DNA from: Felis catus
Taxonomy: Eukaryota
Direction of reading: 5' to 3'
DNA length: 64,000 nucleotides
NCBI RefSeq assembly: GCF_018350175.1
Contig: NC_058383.1
Coordinates: 39,494,001 to 39,558,000 of the forward strand
In this document: one piece after another, positions 1-11,858 of the stretch
Layout: each line of letters starts with the position of its first letter
Position numbering within the stretch: position 1 is the first letter of the stretch
Translations under genes and position numbers: made by a program
The notes under the pieces: model-generated
Told to the model about the DNA's origin: nothing
What the model saw: only the letters and a program-made list of their open reading frames with translations
Databases searched by the model: none

Positions 1-78
1 GTGCAGGTGGAAGCCGTAGCCGTGCTCGCCGCGGACCAGGCGGCACAGGCGCGGCCGCAGCGGCTCCGGTGAGGCCAT
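1..78 (-). CDS. NHERF2: Na+/H+ exchanger regulatory factor 2 (PDZ scaffold, SLC9A3R2), first 26 codons; the gene continues beyond the left edge
   Basis: Reverse complement of 1-78 reads [26 protein letters not shown], the recognisable NHERF2 N-terminus with the PDZ1 GYGF loop. ATG at 78-76 lies in a CpG island. Confidence 0.95.
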   Translation of the reverse strand, partial: MASPEPLRPRLCRLVRGEHGYGFHLH

Positions 79-440
79 GACGCCGGCTGCCCACCGGCCG
101 GCCGCGGGCCGGCCACGGCGCTGACGCCTGCCGCGGGCAGGCAGGGGCGCGGGGGGCGGCGCGGAGGCGGCAGCGACGGCGCTGGGGACCCGGCGGCGCC
201 CTCGGCTGCTCTCGCTCGGCTCTCGTCGACTCGGACTCCGGCTCCGGCTCCGGCTGCGGCGCCGCCCCCGCGCCCGCCCCTTCCCCGCCTCCTCCGTTCG
301 GCCGCCCCCGCCCCGGCCACGGCCCTGCCTCGGCACCCCGCCAATCCCGGCGGAGGCTGCGGGGCCTAGGGACGCCCCCCTCGGTCTTGCCCCGACTCTG
401 GGCAGCCTCCCTGGCGCCAGCGCCTTTGCCTCCTGTTCCA
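79..440 (-). promoter_or_regulatory. CpG island / 5' UTR and promoter of NHERF2
   Basis: Very high GC and CpG density with several GC boxes (ccgccc) directly upstream of the NHERF2 ATG. Confidence 0.75.
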
Positions 441-604
441 GGGGCATTTATTGAGCACCTACTGTATGCGTGGCACCAAGGCGGACTGTGGAGGTCGGGG
501 GAGGAGTGGAGAAAGGGTCTTCAGGGTGAGGAACCGCACACAGCGGCCAGAGGGTAAGAACAAGAGCCACAGCTCTGCCCACCATCCTCAGGAAGTTTCC
601 CCCG

Positions 605-606
<2 letters not shown>

Positions 607-640
<34 letters not shown>
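607..640. repeat. (AC)17 microsatellite
   Basis: Perfect dinucleotide run read directly. Confidence 0.97.
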
Positions 641-642
<2 letters not shown>

Positions 643-3600
643 CGGTGTCCCTGTGTCCCTCCTGCACCCAGAGCTGCCCTGGCCCAACAGAGTCCCAGGA
701 TGGTCCAGGAGACAGAAAGAGGAGTTTGAAAGTGACAAGGCAGCAGCCCTTCCCTATATTCTGGAGGCTAGTGACTGGGCAGCGCCCTGGCCCTCCCAAG
801 GAGACTGTGTGGACCTGTGCTGGGCACGTCCATTAAACATTACCCCCCACACTCCTCTCTTAGCCTGGGCCTCTCACTTGTGCCCCTGGTCATCCCAGGC
901 AGAGATTAAATGTACTGAGGCCTTTGGCCTCTGACCTCTGGCTGGTGACCAGTGCTCACAGAAGCTGTTCCCAGGAGCTGGCCCCTGTGATCTCTGCCCC
1001 AGCCCTCCCCTCCCTCTGTCCTTCTCCCCTAGCATCTAGCCGTCCCCAGCAGGAGTACCCCTTCCCCCAACCAGACAAGAATGACAACAGAAAACCATTT
1101 ATGCTTTGTTGTGGCTCTGAGTACACTTTATCTGGAACAACCCCAGGGTGCAGATCAGGGAACCAAGTTCTAAAGAGGAATGAGACCCAGGCGAGGTTCC
1201 CTGGTCCTCTTAGGGCAGGGCTGTGAGATGCCAAGTCCACACTTTACCACCGAGCGCTTCCCCAGCCTCGGATACAGGAAGACAGCTGAGCTGCAGGCTC
1301 CCCCTCAGCCTGCCCTTGCCCCTTCCCAGCCTGCCCAGCCCCCTGCACATACCTGGTTCCCCGGGCTGAGGCTTAACCAGCCCAGGCAGTTCCCCATGGG
1401 GACAGAGGCAGGCTCAGCTTGGGCCTAGTGCTTGCCGCTCCTTCTCCCCTCTCCAGTGGCCTCAGCCTGGGTTCCCAGCCTCCGCCCAAGCACAGAGCCC
1501 TCCTCTGGGCAGCCTCCTGGGCTGCAGCCCCTTGGGTGTCCACACCCCAGCTGCTGCCCCTAAAAGCCACTTAGGCCAAAGCTGCATGGCTGCTTCCCCA
1601 CCCCCACCTCTAAGTTCCTGGCTGATGCCGCCATAGGCGTCTGTCTGCTTTTCTGTCCAGAGGCTGCCTGTCTGGCCTGTGACTGGCCTCTCTGGACCCA
1701 ACCTGGTGCTGCTGCTCCCAGTGGCTATGAGGATGGGTGTGGCAGTGCTGCCTACTATATACTATTCCTGATGGGGCTTAGGGGTCACCCCATAGCAACC
1801 AGCACCAGCCAGGACCTGCCAGGCTGTAGCTTGGGGCCACACCAGCATCTAGGGAGGTGGCTGGATGGGAGCCCCCCAGGCTGGGGGCAGAGAAGGTAGG
1901 AACCCCTGGTCCTCCGGGTTGAGAAGCTTGGACATCTCCTCCCCCCCACCCCACCCCACCCCCACACATAGGACAGACACTTCCCGGGATCAGCCACTGG
2001 CCCTCACTGCCTCCCTCAGCCCAGGACTCAGCCAGTGAGTGACGATGGATGGGAACAGACCACCACCGGAGGGAGGCGGAATCAGGGGTGGGTGGTCATA
2101 GTTAGGGGCCAGGAACACTGCTTCACAGCATAACAAAAGGCAACAAAGTAGAGTTAATAAGGGAGGTAGGTAACACCCCAGAATAAAGGAGAGCTGCAGG
2201 TTAAGTTCCAAAGGGGGAGCAGGAAGGGGGAAGAGGAGCAGGGGAAGAATGGGGGCCTGACAACAAAGGCAGGGAAGACAACCCAGCTGCTCTCCTGGGC
2301 AAACTCTCCCATGCCCTTCCTCCAGCCTCTGACTGAGAGAGAAAAGCGAGACAGAGAAACAAACCGAGGGAACAGCATGGACAAAGGCTCAGAAGAGCAG
2401 ACAGAAAGGTGTTCAGGGGCTGTAAGCTGTTTGGGGTCTCCGGCGAAATGGGCCTGAGAAAGTGATCATCTAGGCTGGCAGCAGGGGGAGGTCAGGTGGG
2501 AGGTGATCCCCACGCCCCGAAGCCCCCATCCCACTCCTGCCACCTTGCCACACAGGCCTTGTGACAGGCGGCGACGGAGACCTTTCCCGGGGATTCCCTC
2601 CGCAGAGGGTCCACCTGGGGTGTGGGTTGGCCTGGGGCTCCACTGGTGGGGAGGGGGCTTTCCTCCGAGCTCTGGCTACCTCCCAGGGGCAACGCCCCCA
2701 GCGATGGGCGGAGCCTGGGCCTGGGCGGGGACTCTGGGCTGTGGCAGTGGGCTGAGGCCTGGTCCCGAGCCAGAGGAAGGGTCGGGGGCCCGTCTGTGGG
2801 GTGGAGCCATTAGTCTGACGCCCCAGTAATGGCCCAGAGCTTCCCGGGCCGGCGCTGCCTCCCTAATGGGCATTAATGGCCCCAGGGGATGACAGGACCT
2901 CGCTTATGGCCTCCTCCCTCGGACTACGCCAGGCTTCTCTTCAGAGCTCGAAACTGGAGCAGGCGGGGGACCAGCGCGACGGAAACTGTGATGAGAACGA
3001 GAGACCCGGAGACGAGAAGGGGAGAACCGCGACGACCACCGAGGGAGGCAGCGCAGGAGCCCGCCCACCCGCTCTGGGCCCGCCCACGCCCCTGCTCCCA
3101 GGGAGACTGCAGCCCGAGAGAGCAGCCGCGCTGCGCCACCTGCTGGCTGTCGCTGGGATCGCTTCATCCGAGGGGCTGGCCCAGGCCCCGCCCCTCTGGC
3201 TCCGACTCGGTTCGGCCTCCGGGGCTGGGTGGAGATTAGAGCGGGAGCGACGCACTAGAGCTCCTTGTACTGCAGGGGCACGGGGGTGCACGTAGGTGGT
3301 GGGCAGGGAAGCTGGGCCTCTGCCAAGTCCCTAATCGGGGACTTTCACCTTGGACCTGGCACCAACCTCTCTGGACTGGGGTACCTCCAGGCCTCGTGAA
3401 ATCTAGCGTCTCACCAAGTGTTCCGGCACTTGTGACCAAACATTTACAGGCCACTTGGCACCAGGCGCTGGTGAGCACTGGGGAAACATCGCTTAGATCC
3501 AAGGGCAAGCCCAGGACTGGCACAGCCCTTGAGGAGGGCATTTAAACATGGCCTGAGGCCCCAGAGTCCTTCTTCAGGGTGGACCGTGGGGCTGTTCTGG

Positions 3601-3883
3601 AATCTGCCCAGAGTTCCTGCTCTCTTGTGTGAGGGAGGGGAGGGAGCAATGAGACTGCGGGACAGGGCAGCCCTAGACTTTGTGCACGTGGCACATGGAT
3701 TTCGTGCCATCAGTGGTGGAGAGCCCTTGAGGTGTTGTCCACAGGACACGCGTGTTGTGAAAGATCCAGTTTGGCAGGAGTGGACTTGGAGTGCAGAGAG
3801 TGTGTTGACCTGAGGAGTCAGGTGGCCGCCCCTCCCCTCAGTGCAGATCCTGGAATCAGAGTCAGTAAATTTAGGGGTTGGTC

Positions 3884-4108
3884 GGGGCGCCCGGGTGGCT
3901 CAGTCGGTTAAGCGTCTGACTTCGGCTTAGGTCATGATCTCGTGTCTCGTGACTTCCAGCCCCGCGTTGGCCTCTGTGTTGGCAGCACACAGCCTGGAGC
4001 CTGCTTCGGATTCTGTGTCTCCCTCTCTCTCTGCCCCTCCCCTGCTCCTGTCTCTCTCTCTCCCTCAAAAATAAAAAACATTAAAAAATAAATAATAAAT
4101 AAATAAAT
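3884..4108 (+). mobile_element. CAN-SINE (felid type)
   Basis: ggggcgcccgggtggctcagtcggttaag head, (CT)-rich segment, A-rich tail; imperfect flanking duplication aaat(tt/cc)aggggttgg. Confidence 0.92.
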
Positions 4109-5213
4109 CCAGGGGTTGGCAAGAATTGGGAGGGTGGAGTAAAAAAGAGCGCCCATGTTAGGGGACCACGTGGGGAGAAGGATGCATCCAGGAGATGAGG
4201 AGTTGCCAGTAAGGAGAGACGGGGGCTTCCAGAGGCCAAGGGGAATGTGGGGGCCAGTTCTAGGTGGGCCTGTCGAAGTTAGCTGGCCCAACAGACATGG
4301 GACCACCCCTCCTCCAGTCCTTGCTGGGTGCCCCAAGGGAAGATCTTGCCAAATGGCCAAGGGAGGGCTCCGGGAGGCAGACAGTATCAGGGCACAGCAG
4401 ACGGGCACTTCGAGGTCTGGTCCAGAACAGTTGTGGGAGTCAGAGCCCATACTGAGGAGGGTTAATGAGGGAGCAGAAGGGTGGAGGGGCCCTGGCACCT
4501 GTGAGCAGGATCTATAAGGGGGCCCAGGTGGAGGGAGGTCCTTATTCAAGATGGCAGAGCACATTTACATGGGGCTTGGAGCCAATAACTGGAAATGTGG
4601 AGAGGATCAGAGGGGGAAGAGTCCTGGGGAGGCAAGGGGCCTTTCCTCCCTAGGAGGAGAGGGTGGCCTGAAGAAGGGGTACAAAGGAGATCGTGGCTGA
4701 AATGAAGCCGGGAGATGGGGGAAAGGCTAGGTGGGCTGCCAGGGCTCCCGAACCTGGCCAGGGGCCACAGTGAGGGGGGGCACTTGCAGGGCTCCTGGGA
4801 GGCTGAGGTGGGGGCTCTTGCTCTCAGCTGGTACGGTATGAGTGCCTACTCTCCTTTTTGGTGGATGGCATCAGGACCCAGGGGCTGACTCGTGCCTACC
4901 TCCCATGAGACCTCTCCCCTCCTGTGGGACCCTGGGACCTGGTCTGATGACCCCACCCCCAAATAGGAGGGGCAGTACTGGCAGAGAAGGGAAAAGGGGA
5001 CCTAAGCCCCAGCAATGTCTCTGCCTCTGTCCCCCCTTCTGTTCCCCAAGCACTTACAGTTGGAGATGGTTAGGAGCGGGCATCCCTTGGCCAGAGAGAA
5101 GGCTCCTGATATTTGCCAGGGCGTGGGTGCAGCTGTTTGTGCCCTAGAGCTAGATGCCAAGTACACATGACAGAGGAAAGGGGTCACACATGGGGACACA
5201 TGAACCAGGCAAA

Positions 5214-5219
5214 TTTATT
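5214..5219 (-). terminator. NPW poly(A) signal AATAAA
   Basis: tttatt on the + strand, about 45 nt after the NPW stop codon. Confidence 0.8.
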
Positions 5220-5264
5220 GACCAGTCGCTGTGAGCCCTAGAGAACTAATCTAGTCTGCCTGGG

Positions 5265-6039
5265 TCAGGAGAAAGGGCATTGCCAGCAGGGGCTGCGCTC
5301 AGGATAGCCCTGGAGAGGTGGGGTCCGGCGAACGCGGTTCTCTGGGCAGACCATGGCTGAACAGGAGACTCTCCAAAGGCTCTAGAAAGAAGAGCAGGAC
5401 TGGAGGACAGGGCTGTGCGCCCTCCACTACTCCCCCCCAAAAAACGTCCCCAAGGCTGGAAAGGGTAGGACACTCCAGGGAAGCCTTTCTCCCTAAGGAG
5501 TGGGAGACAGGAGAGTCGTGGGGTGCCTCGTGGGCACATGAGTGGGCGCACCGGGCTCAGATCTCCCCAGACGTCCTCGCCCCCTTCTCCCCACGTACCT
5601 GGCCTGCTCCGCGGAGGAGCCCTGGCTCCAGTTCGGGCGCGCGCTCGGGGTGGCGCCAGCTCCAAGGCGCACTGACCCGGAGCCCTGCGCGCGAGTGCCT
5701 TCCGGTCTCCAACAGTTCCCGAACCCCAGAGGGCAGCAGAAGAGCACCTCGGGGGACGGGCGCCGGACGGAGGGTGTCTCTGGCAGATGGCTCCTGCGGG
5801 GACGAGCCCAGGCCCTGGGTGTCCGAGGCAACGGGTCCGGCAGCGAGGCGCAGCGCGCGGCGATGCATGTAGGGCGAGCGGCGCAGCCCCATGAGCAAGC
5901 CCGCGGCGCGGCCCACCGTGTGGTAGCGGGGACTCGCCACGTGCTTGTACCAGGCGTCAGCGGGCAGCGACAGCAGCAGCAGCAACAACGCGAGCACCGG
6001 CCGGCCCGCAGGGCCCCGCACCCCCGTGCCCCGCGCCAG
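5265..6039 (-). CDS. NPW: Prepro-neuropeptide W, about 185 aa from a predicted CUG start
   Basis: Exon 1 CDS 6039-5599 (CTG start, Leu-rich signal peptide, [32 protein letters not shown]). GT-AG intron 5598-5382. Exon 2 5381-5265 ([10 protein letters not shown]...PFS*). The start position is inferred from the CUG initiation known for human NPW; an in-frame ATG also exists at 6240. Confidence 0.92.
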
Positions 6040-7127
6040 GATGCTCACGGGAACGGCCGCCCGGCGGGGCAGGCCAGGAACTAACGCAACCGAGTCTCGG
6101 CGCCCTGCGGGACTGCGGCGGCGACGGGGAGCCGGAGCGCCGTGGATCCGACTATAACCACTCGCGGGCCCCGCCCCTGCTCGTCCCGACGGTACCCGCT
6201 GGGCTCCCAAAGGAGGGAGAAGAGAGGCCCGGGCTGCCATGGCAAGGACGTGGGTGGGTTATCAGAGCACCTTCTCTGAGTGGCGGTGGGCCTTCAGCCA
6301 GAGCTCATCTTGACGATCCGCTGGGAGCGCCCTTGTCGTCCCCTCCCCCAGGGGGCTGCTCTGCTTCCTCCTCCCCCCAAGGAGAATGCGTGCCCCCTTA
6401 ACCACAGCTCTTGTAGGTTGTACACTGAAGAGGAAAGACGGAGGCTGGAAGAGGCCTCTGCATCATTCAAGAACCCTCTGTGGATCTACTTCCCGGAGGG
6501 CTCTCCTGTCCTCACCTACATAGCTCTTCAGTCTGTCCCCTTTCCCACCCTCGCTTCTGCCCACCAACCCATTTCCCAGCTGCAGCTGGATGCTTGCAAC
6601 CATGGAGCCCTCCCTGAGTTGGTTAGTGGTTCCCTAGGGCTTCCAGAATCAAGAGGAAGCCCCTCTCATCCGGCAGCCCTGGCTTGGGCAGGATGAGGCC
6701 CTGTGGCCCTCTAGCCTGCTTTCTGGTCCCGATTCCCCCCACCCAAGACTATTTGCTCTGGCCAGTCTCCATCATCTTTCTGCTGTACCCAGCGACCAGT
6801 GATTCTGCCCACCTCTGCACTTCTGTGCCTGGAACATCCTTCCCTTCCTTGCCATCACTCAGGATCCCGTCTACATGGCCCTGGTGTGAATAGTCCCCGA
6901 GTATTCCTTCCTGGCTATAGGGGTTTAACAACCCCTTCCAGAGGGCAGAGCCCGACCCGTTCTTGCCAGAGCCCCAGCCCAGGAAGGATGCAGCCCTCAA
7001 AACAATCCGACTTCACCGCACCCCCAGCAACCACAACATTCACCTAACACCTTCTAGATTCCAGACACCAAGGATCCTGAAATGTCTTATTTTTATCTCC
7101 TAACAATGCCATGAAAGTAGGATGATT

Positions 7128-7364
7128 ATTTCTTTTAAGTTTGTTTATGTGAGCTATGCACCTAGAGTAAAGCCCAAGGCGGGACTTGAACTCAAGACCC
7201 TGAGATCACCTGAGCTGGGATCAGGAGACAGACGCTTGACCGAGTCACCTAGGCGCCCCAAGGTTTTACTTTTTTAAGTACTCTTTACACCCAATGTGGG
7301 GCTCGAACTCACAACACTGAGATCAAGAGTCACGTGCTCCAGTGACTTGAGCCAGCCAGGCGCG
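7128..7364 (-). mobile_element. Two adjacent older CAN-SINE copies
   Basis: Reverse-strand SINE heads (aggcgcccc at 7251-7259, ccaggcgcgc near 7364) with T-rich tails; diverged. Confidence 0.75.
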
Positions 7365-7954
7365 CTGATGAGGGTCAATTATTGACCCCATTTGCCAGCG
7401 AGGAAGGTTAAGACACCAGGAAAATGGACTTGTTTGGATCACACCTGCTGGGTAACGGTGGGGCGAGTGGGCTCCAACCTAGATCCCCAGGTTGGGGGTC
7501 TGAGCTGAAGTTCTTGACGGAAACTGTCCCTCACCCTCTGCCTGTCTCTTTAGCAAAAGGGAAGGGGTGATTCTGGGAGTTGGAGGGAACAGAGCCTGGG
7601 CCAGTCCTTCCTCCCAGGTCTCCGTGTCAAGGGACCATCGTGGGGCTGTGGGGGCAGAGGATGGCACCTGCCGAAGGGAGGAGGGGCCCGACACGGTTCT
7701 GGCAAGCTCTGGGGGGCAGTCAGAAGCAGCAGCAGCCCTCCCCACAGGGCCCTGCAGAACGGGGGGGGGGGGGGGGAGGATGTGTGCCGTGCTTGGTGGT
7801 GGGGGGTGTGGGGGAAGGGTGTGTGTCCCAGTCTCTCCGGTCTGCTTCATTTGCAAACTGGGAATGATAATGGCCCCTCATCAGCTCGCCGTGAGCATGA
7901 ACTCAGGCGTGGGTGTTGGGGCCATGCCTAGCACACAGTAGCTGCTAAAAAAAA

Positions 7955-8405
7955 TGGTTGTGCAGGGGAGCCTGGGTGGCTCAGTCAGCTAAGTATCTGA
8001 CTTCGGCTCAGGTCACGGTCTCGGGGTTCATGTGTTTGGGCCCCACATCGGGCTTTGTGCTGACAGCTCGGAGCCTGGGTCCTGCTTCCGATTCTATGTC
8101 TCCCCTTCTCTGCCCCTCCCCTGCTCACGTTCTGTCTCTGTCAAAAATAAATAAAAACATTTAAAAATTTAAGGGGCGCCTGGGTGGCTCAGTCAGTTGA
8201 GTGACTACAATTCAGGCCATGATCTCACGGTTCATGAGTTCAAGCCCCGCGTCAGGCTGTGTGTGACAGCTCGGAGCCTGGAGCCTGCTTCGGATTCTGT
8301 GTCTCCCTCTCTCTGTACCCCTCCCCGACTTGTGCTCTGTCTCTTTCTCTCTCTCAAAAATAAACATTAAAACTTTTTTTAATTTAAAAAATAAAAATAA
8401 AAAAA
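7955..8405 (+). mobile_element. Tandem pair of CAN-SINEs, the second (from 8173) inserted in the A tail of the first
   Basis: Two SINE heads; the pair is flanked by the duplication aaaaaaatggttgtg. Confidence 0.9.
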
Positions 8406-9442
8406 TGGTTGTGGCTGCTACCGTCCCAGAGGCTGACCTGCCTCCTAAACTGTTGGTAAAACACTCTGATGGAGGGGTGACGGCGCAGGAGCTGCTGGGG
8501 TGGCGGGCGCAGAGGGAGCCGTGGGCGCACCTGGAGGACCATGGGACCAGGGAGCCTCATGGAAAGCAGTCTCCCCCGGGGCACCATAAGGAGCCCGGAG
8601 AGCTGCCTGGAGTGTGCGGTGGGCGGGCACCACGGCACGACGCGGGCTGCCAGGGTTCTCTGACGCTGCACATCCTCCCTTTTAAGGGTACTTGGGGGCT
8701 CCTGGAGCCCCCAGGGATCGAAGGGAGGCGTCAGCATAGGATCACCTGTGGCCAAGCGGCAATGCAGTCTCCGAGGCGGTTAGAACACTGAAGTCCAGCT
8801 ACAAGTACCAGCACAGACAAATCCCCAAAGCACGACAGCTAAAGAGAGAAAAGTACTCTGCACGATGATGTTCAGTATCTGAAGTTAAAACCCGAGCCGC
8901 TTGCCCTGCTTTTTTATAGCTGTGAAGCCGAGAAGGAAAATGTCATGGTGGGAACAAGGGACGAAGGCCAGGCAGAGAGGAAGCGGGGCTCCTATCAGGT
9001 GCAGGTGTGCAGAAGGCCTGGGGGGAGGGAGCCCAGGGCCAGGTGGGGGGAGCGAAGCACACAGTAGTCCTGGGGACTCCCAATTTAGGGTACGGGGAGG
9101 GGGCTCTGTGCCCTGCCCAGCCCTGAACCCAGGGACCCAGTGACAAAGGCCTCTGCCCCTCTCCCACTAAGGGTCTGGAGCCAAAGCTCCACCGTGGGAG
9201 GAGGGGAGGAGGTGACAGGTCCATGACCATGAGAACTGACTCTCCTCTGTGGGGCTTGCCTCTCCCTTCATCCACCCAACAGCCTCCTGGAAACCAAGGG
9301 AACGTGGCTTTGGTCCGTTTCCGCACTACCTTTCCCGCAAGGGCACCAAGCCCTCCTGGGCCAGGACATCTTCCTGACACTCAACCTCAACACTGGGCAC
9401 AGAGCCTGGCCTGTGGATGTGGTGATGGAGCAAATTTCTGTT

Positions 9443-9658
9443 TCGTCTTATTTTTCATGTTGTATTTATTTATTTTCAGAGAGAGACAGAGAGTGTTAAC
9501 TGGGGAGGGGCAGCGAGAGGGAGACACAGAATCCAAAGCAGGCTCCAGGCTCCGAGCTGTCCGCACCGAGCTCGACGCGGGGCTGAAAACCTTGAAGCAT
9601 GAGATCATGACCTGAGCTGAGCTCAGACGCTTGACCAACTGAGCCACCCAGGTGCCCC
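9443..9658 (-). mobile_element. CAN-SINE
   Basis: T-rich tail, (AG)-rich segment, head ending gagccacccaggtgcccc. Confidence 0.88.
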
Positions 9659-9883
9659 TGTCTTATTATTTTTAATTACTAATTTCTAGTAAGGTAATTT
9701 ACATTATAAATTAATGCTACCAGGAGAGGAACATTAAAGGCGTCCTCACTGCCCCGCCTGCCGTTCACATCCCAGTCCTGCTCTGCAGATGCAAGTGCTC
9801 ACAAGTCCCCCAGCGTTTTTTTCTAGTTTTACCCCCTATTTAAAAATCGTAAACTTAACTGCTATTCTAAAAATCAGCGGGGT

Positions 9884-10047
9884 TTTTTTTGTCTCGAAAG
9901 AGAACACGAGCAGGGGAGAGAGAATCCCCAGCAGGTTCCTAGCTCAGCACGGAGCCCAACGTGGGGCTCAATCCCAGGACTCAGGGATCCCGAGCAGAGC
10001 AGAAATGGGAGTCAGACGCTTGATCAAGGGAGCCATCCAGGCCCCCC
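9884..10047 (-). mobile_element. Older CAN-SINE
   Basis: gagagaatcccca...cagacgcttgatcaagggagccatccaggcccc pattern. Confidence 0.75.
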
Positions 10048-10054
10048 AGTGGTC

Positions 10055-10330
10055 TTTTCAAGGAGGCGTAACATACTTTCAGTGTGCACATCTAACAACT
10101 GCATTTGTTAGGGATGCATACATCTGTGTGCCCACAGCCCAGATCAAGAGAGCAAAGACTTCAGCTCCCCAGGAAGCTCCCTTCGCCCCCTCCCAACCAG
10201 AAGCCCCCAGCAAAACTGATGGCCACATCGGGGCTCCTCACCCTTGGCACTGCCCGCATCTGTGGGGGCTGCCCTGGGCACTGTCAGACATGTAACAGCA
10301 TCCCTGGCCTTTACTCATCTGTACAGGCAG
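10055..10330 (-). mobile_element. Old L1 (L1M-type) 3' end fragment
   Basis: Resembles the antisense 3' UTR of ancient L1s (cagatcaagagagcaaagacttcagctccccaggaagctccc); pattern recognition only. Confidence 0.5.
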
Positions 10331-11380
10331 AGTAACAGCCTCTCCCCAAGCCGTCTGCACCCCACATATCCTGGAACCCGCACACTCTTACTGGATAAGG
10401 GGACAGAGGACTGAACTTGCAGACGAAATTAGAAATTAGGCAGGCTCATCAGTTGACCTTAATATAAGCAGATGGTCCTGAATCATCCACGTGGGCCTAG
10501 CGTCGTCACATGGGTCCTTTCGCTGCTAAGCCAAGTAATGTACTATGGTTAGGTTTCCTTTCTTGCCGAATGCTTGTCACTTTTTTTTCTCTGCTTGTTC
10601 CTCTGTATGCTTATTTTGCTATTTTCCCCCAAAGGCTCTGAGAGATAGGTCGAGCTCTTTGCAGTAACTTTTCCGGATTCTCAAGCACGTGAGGGCACCC
10701 GATGAGTACTGTGTTTTCTGGAGGCCTCCCTGTGGGAGGTGGCAGCCTCCTGCTCCAGACTGCATACCCCTCTCCTCTCACACCTACTCAGGAGTCTCCG
10801 CACAGGCACCATCCCACACTTTGCTGTCACTCTCATCTGGCTTGAAACCCGTGTTCTGGATGCCAGATCATCTTCCAACGGATAGTCCCTAACATTTTGG
10901 AGACGTGAACCCTCTGGTAGCTTCATGTGTGCTAAATACGTTGTCCCTTTTATGGCAGTGGCTTTATGCCTAGTGGAAAGATTTTTCTGGGCATAGAAGG
11001 TGTGCGTGGATATCCTAGTCCCTCAAAAATTTGACAGAATTTCCAGCTTCCTGTGTTCCAGGAGTAAAGTCTGGTTCTCCATCCTTCCAGGGTCTTCTCC
11101 CTCCTCACCTCCCCCTCCTTCAAGCTCTGGGGTGGGGGTGTGGGGGGATCTTCACTTTGTCTGCAGTCCTCCTGTTTGCCTCTGCCGTGCCTGATGATGT
11201 CACTCGCGGGCGGCCTTTCTTCCTTGCCTGGGCCCTTTCAGTACGGAGACTTGTGTTCCTGAGCCGTGGCCTGTGTTACCTTAGTCTTTCGTAAATTTGC
11301 CCCTCTCCGTTTTCTGTGTTCTCTCCGAAGTTCCTATTAATTACATATCGTACCTTCTAGAGTAAGATTTCCATCCTCTT

Positions 11381-11499
11381 GGGGCGCCTGGGTGGCTCAG
11401 TCGGTTAAGCGCCCGACTTCGGCTCGGGTCATGATCTCACAGCCTGTGAGTTCGAGCCCCGCGTCGGGCTCTGTGCTGCCAGCTCAGAGCCCGGAGCCC
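11381..11499 (+). mobile_element. CAN-SINE 5' half, truncated by an assembly gap
   Basis: ggggcgcctgggtggctcagtcggttaagcg head running into Ns. Confidence 0.9.
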
Positions 11500-11665
11500 N
11501 NNNNNNNNNNNNNNNNNNNNNNNNNNNNNNNNNNNNNNNNNNNNNNNNNNNNNNNNNNNNNNNNNNNNNNNNNNNNNNNNNNNNNNNNNNNNNNNNNNNN
11601 NNNNNNNNNNNNNNNNNNNNNNNNNNNNNNNNNNNNNNNNNNNNNNNNNNNNNNNNNNNNNNNNN
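11500..11665. other. Assembly gap (166 N)
   Basis: Run of Ns. Confidence 1.
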
Positions 11666-11858
11666 ATCTGTTTTTTTGTTCTGCTTGCCAGGAGATTTCT
11701 TTAAGTGTATCTTCCCATTTTGCTCTTGAATTTTTACTTATGTTTTTAATTTCTAGTAGCTCTTTCTTGTTCTGATTTGTTTGGTGCCTGTTATTGTTCA
11801 AGGCATCTTATTCTCATTTCATGGAAGCGGTATCTTTTCTGGAAATATCAAATAGAGC

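Noticed and set aside
448-799. ORFs with HTHTHT / CVCVCV runs
   Set aside because: Translations of the (AC)17 microsatellite.
3932-4564. 210-aa minus-strand ORF
   Set aside because: No ATG-anchored gene structure, and its C-terminal third is antisense SINE sequence.
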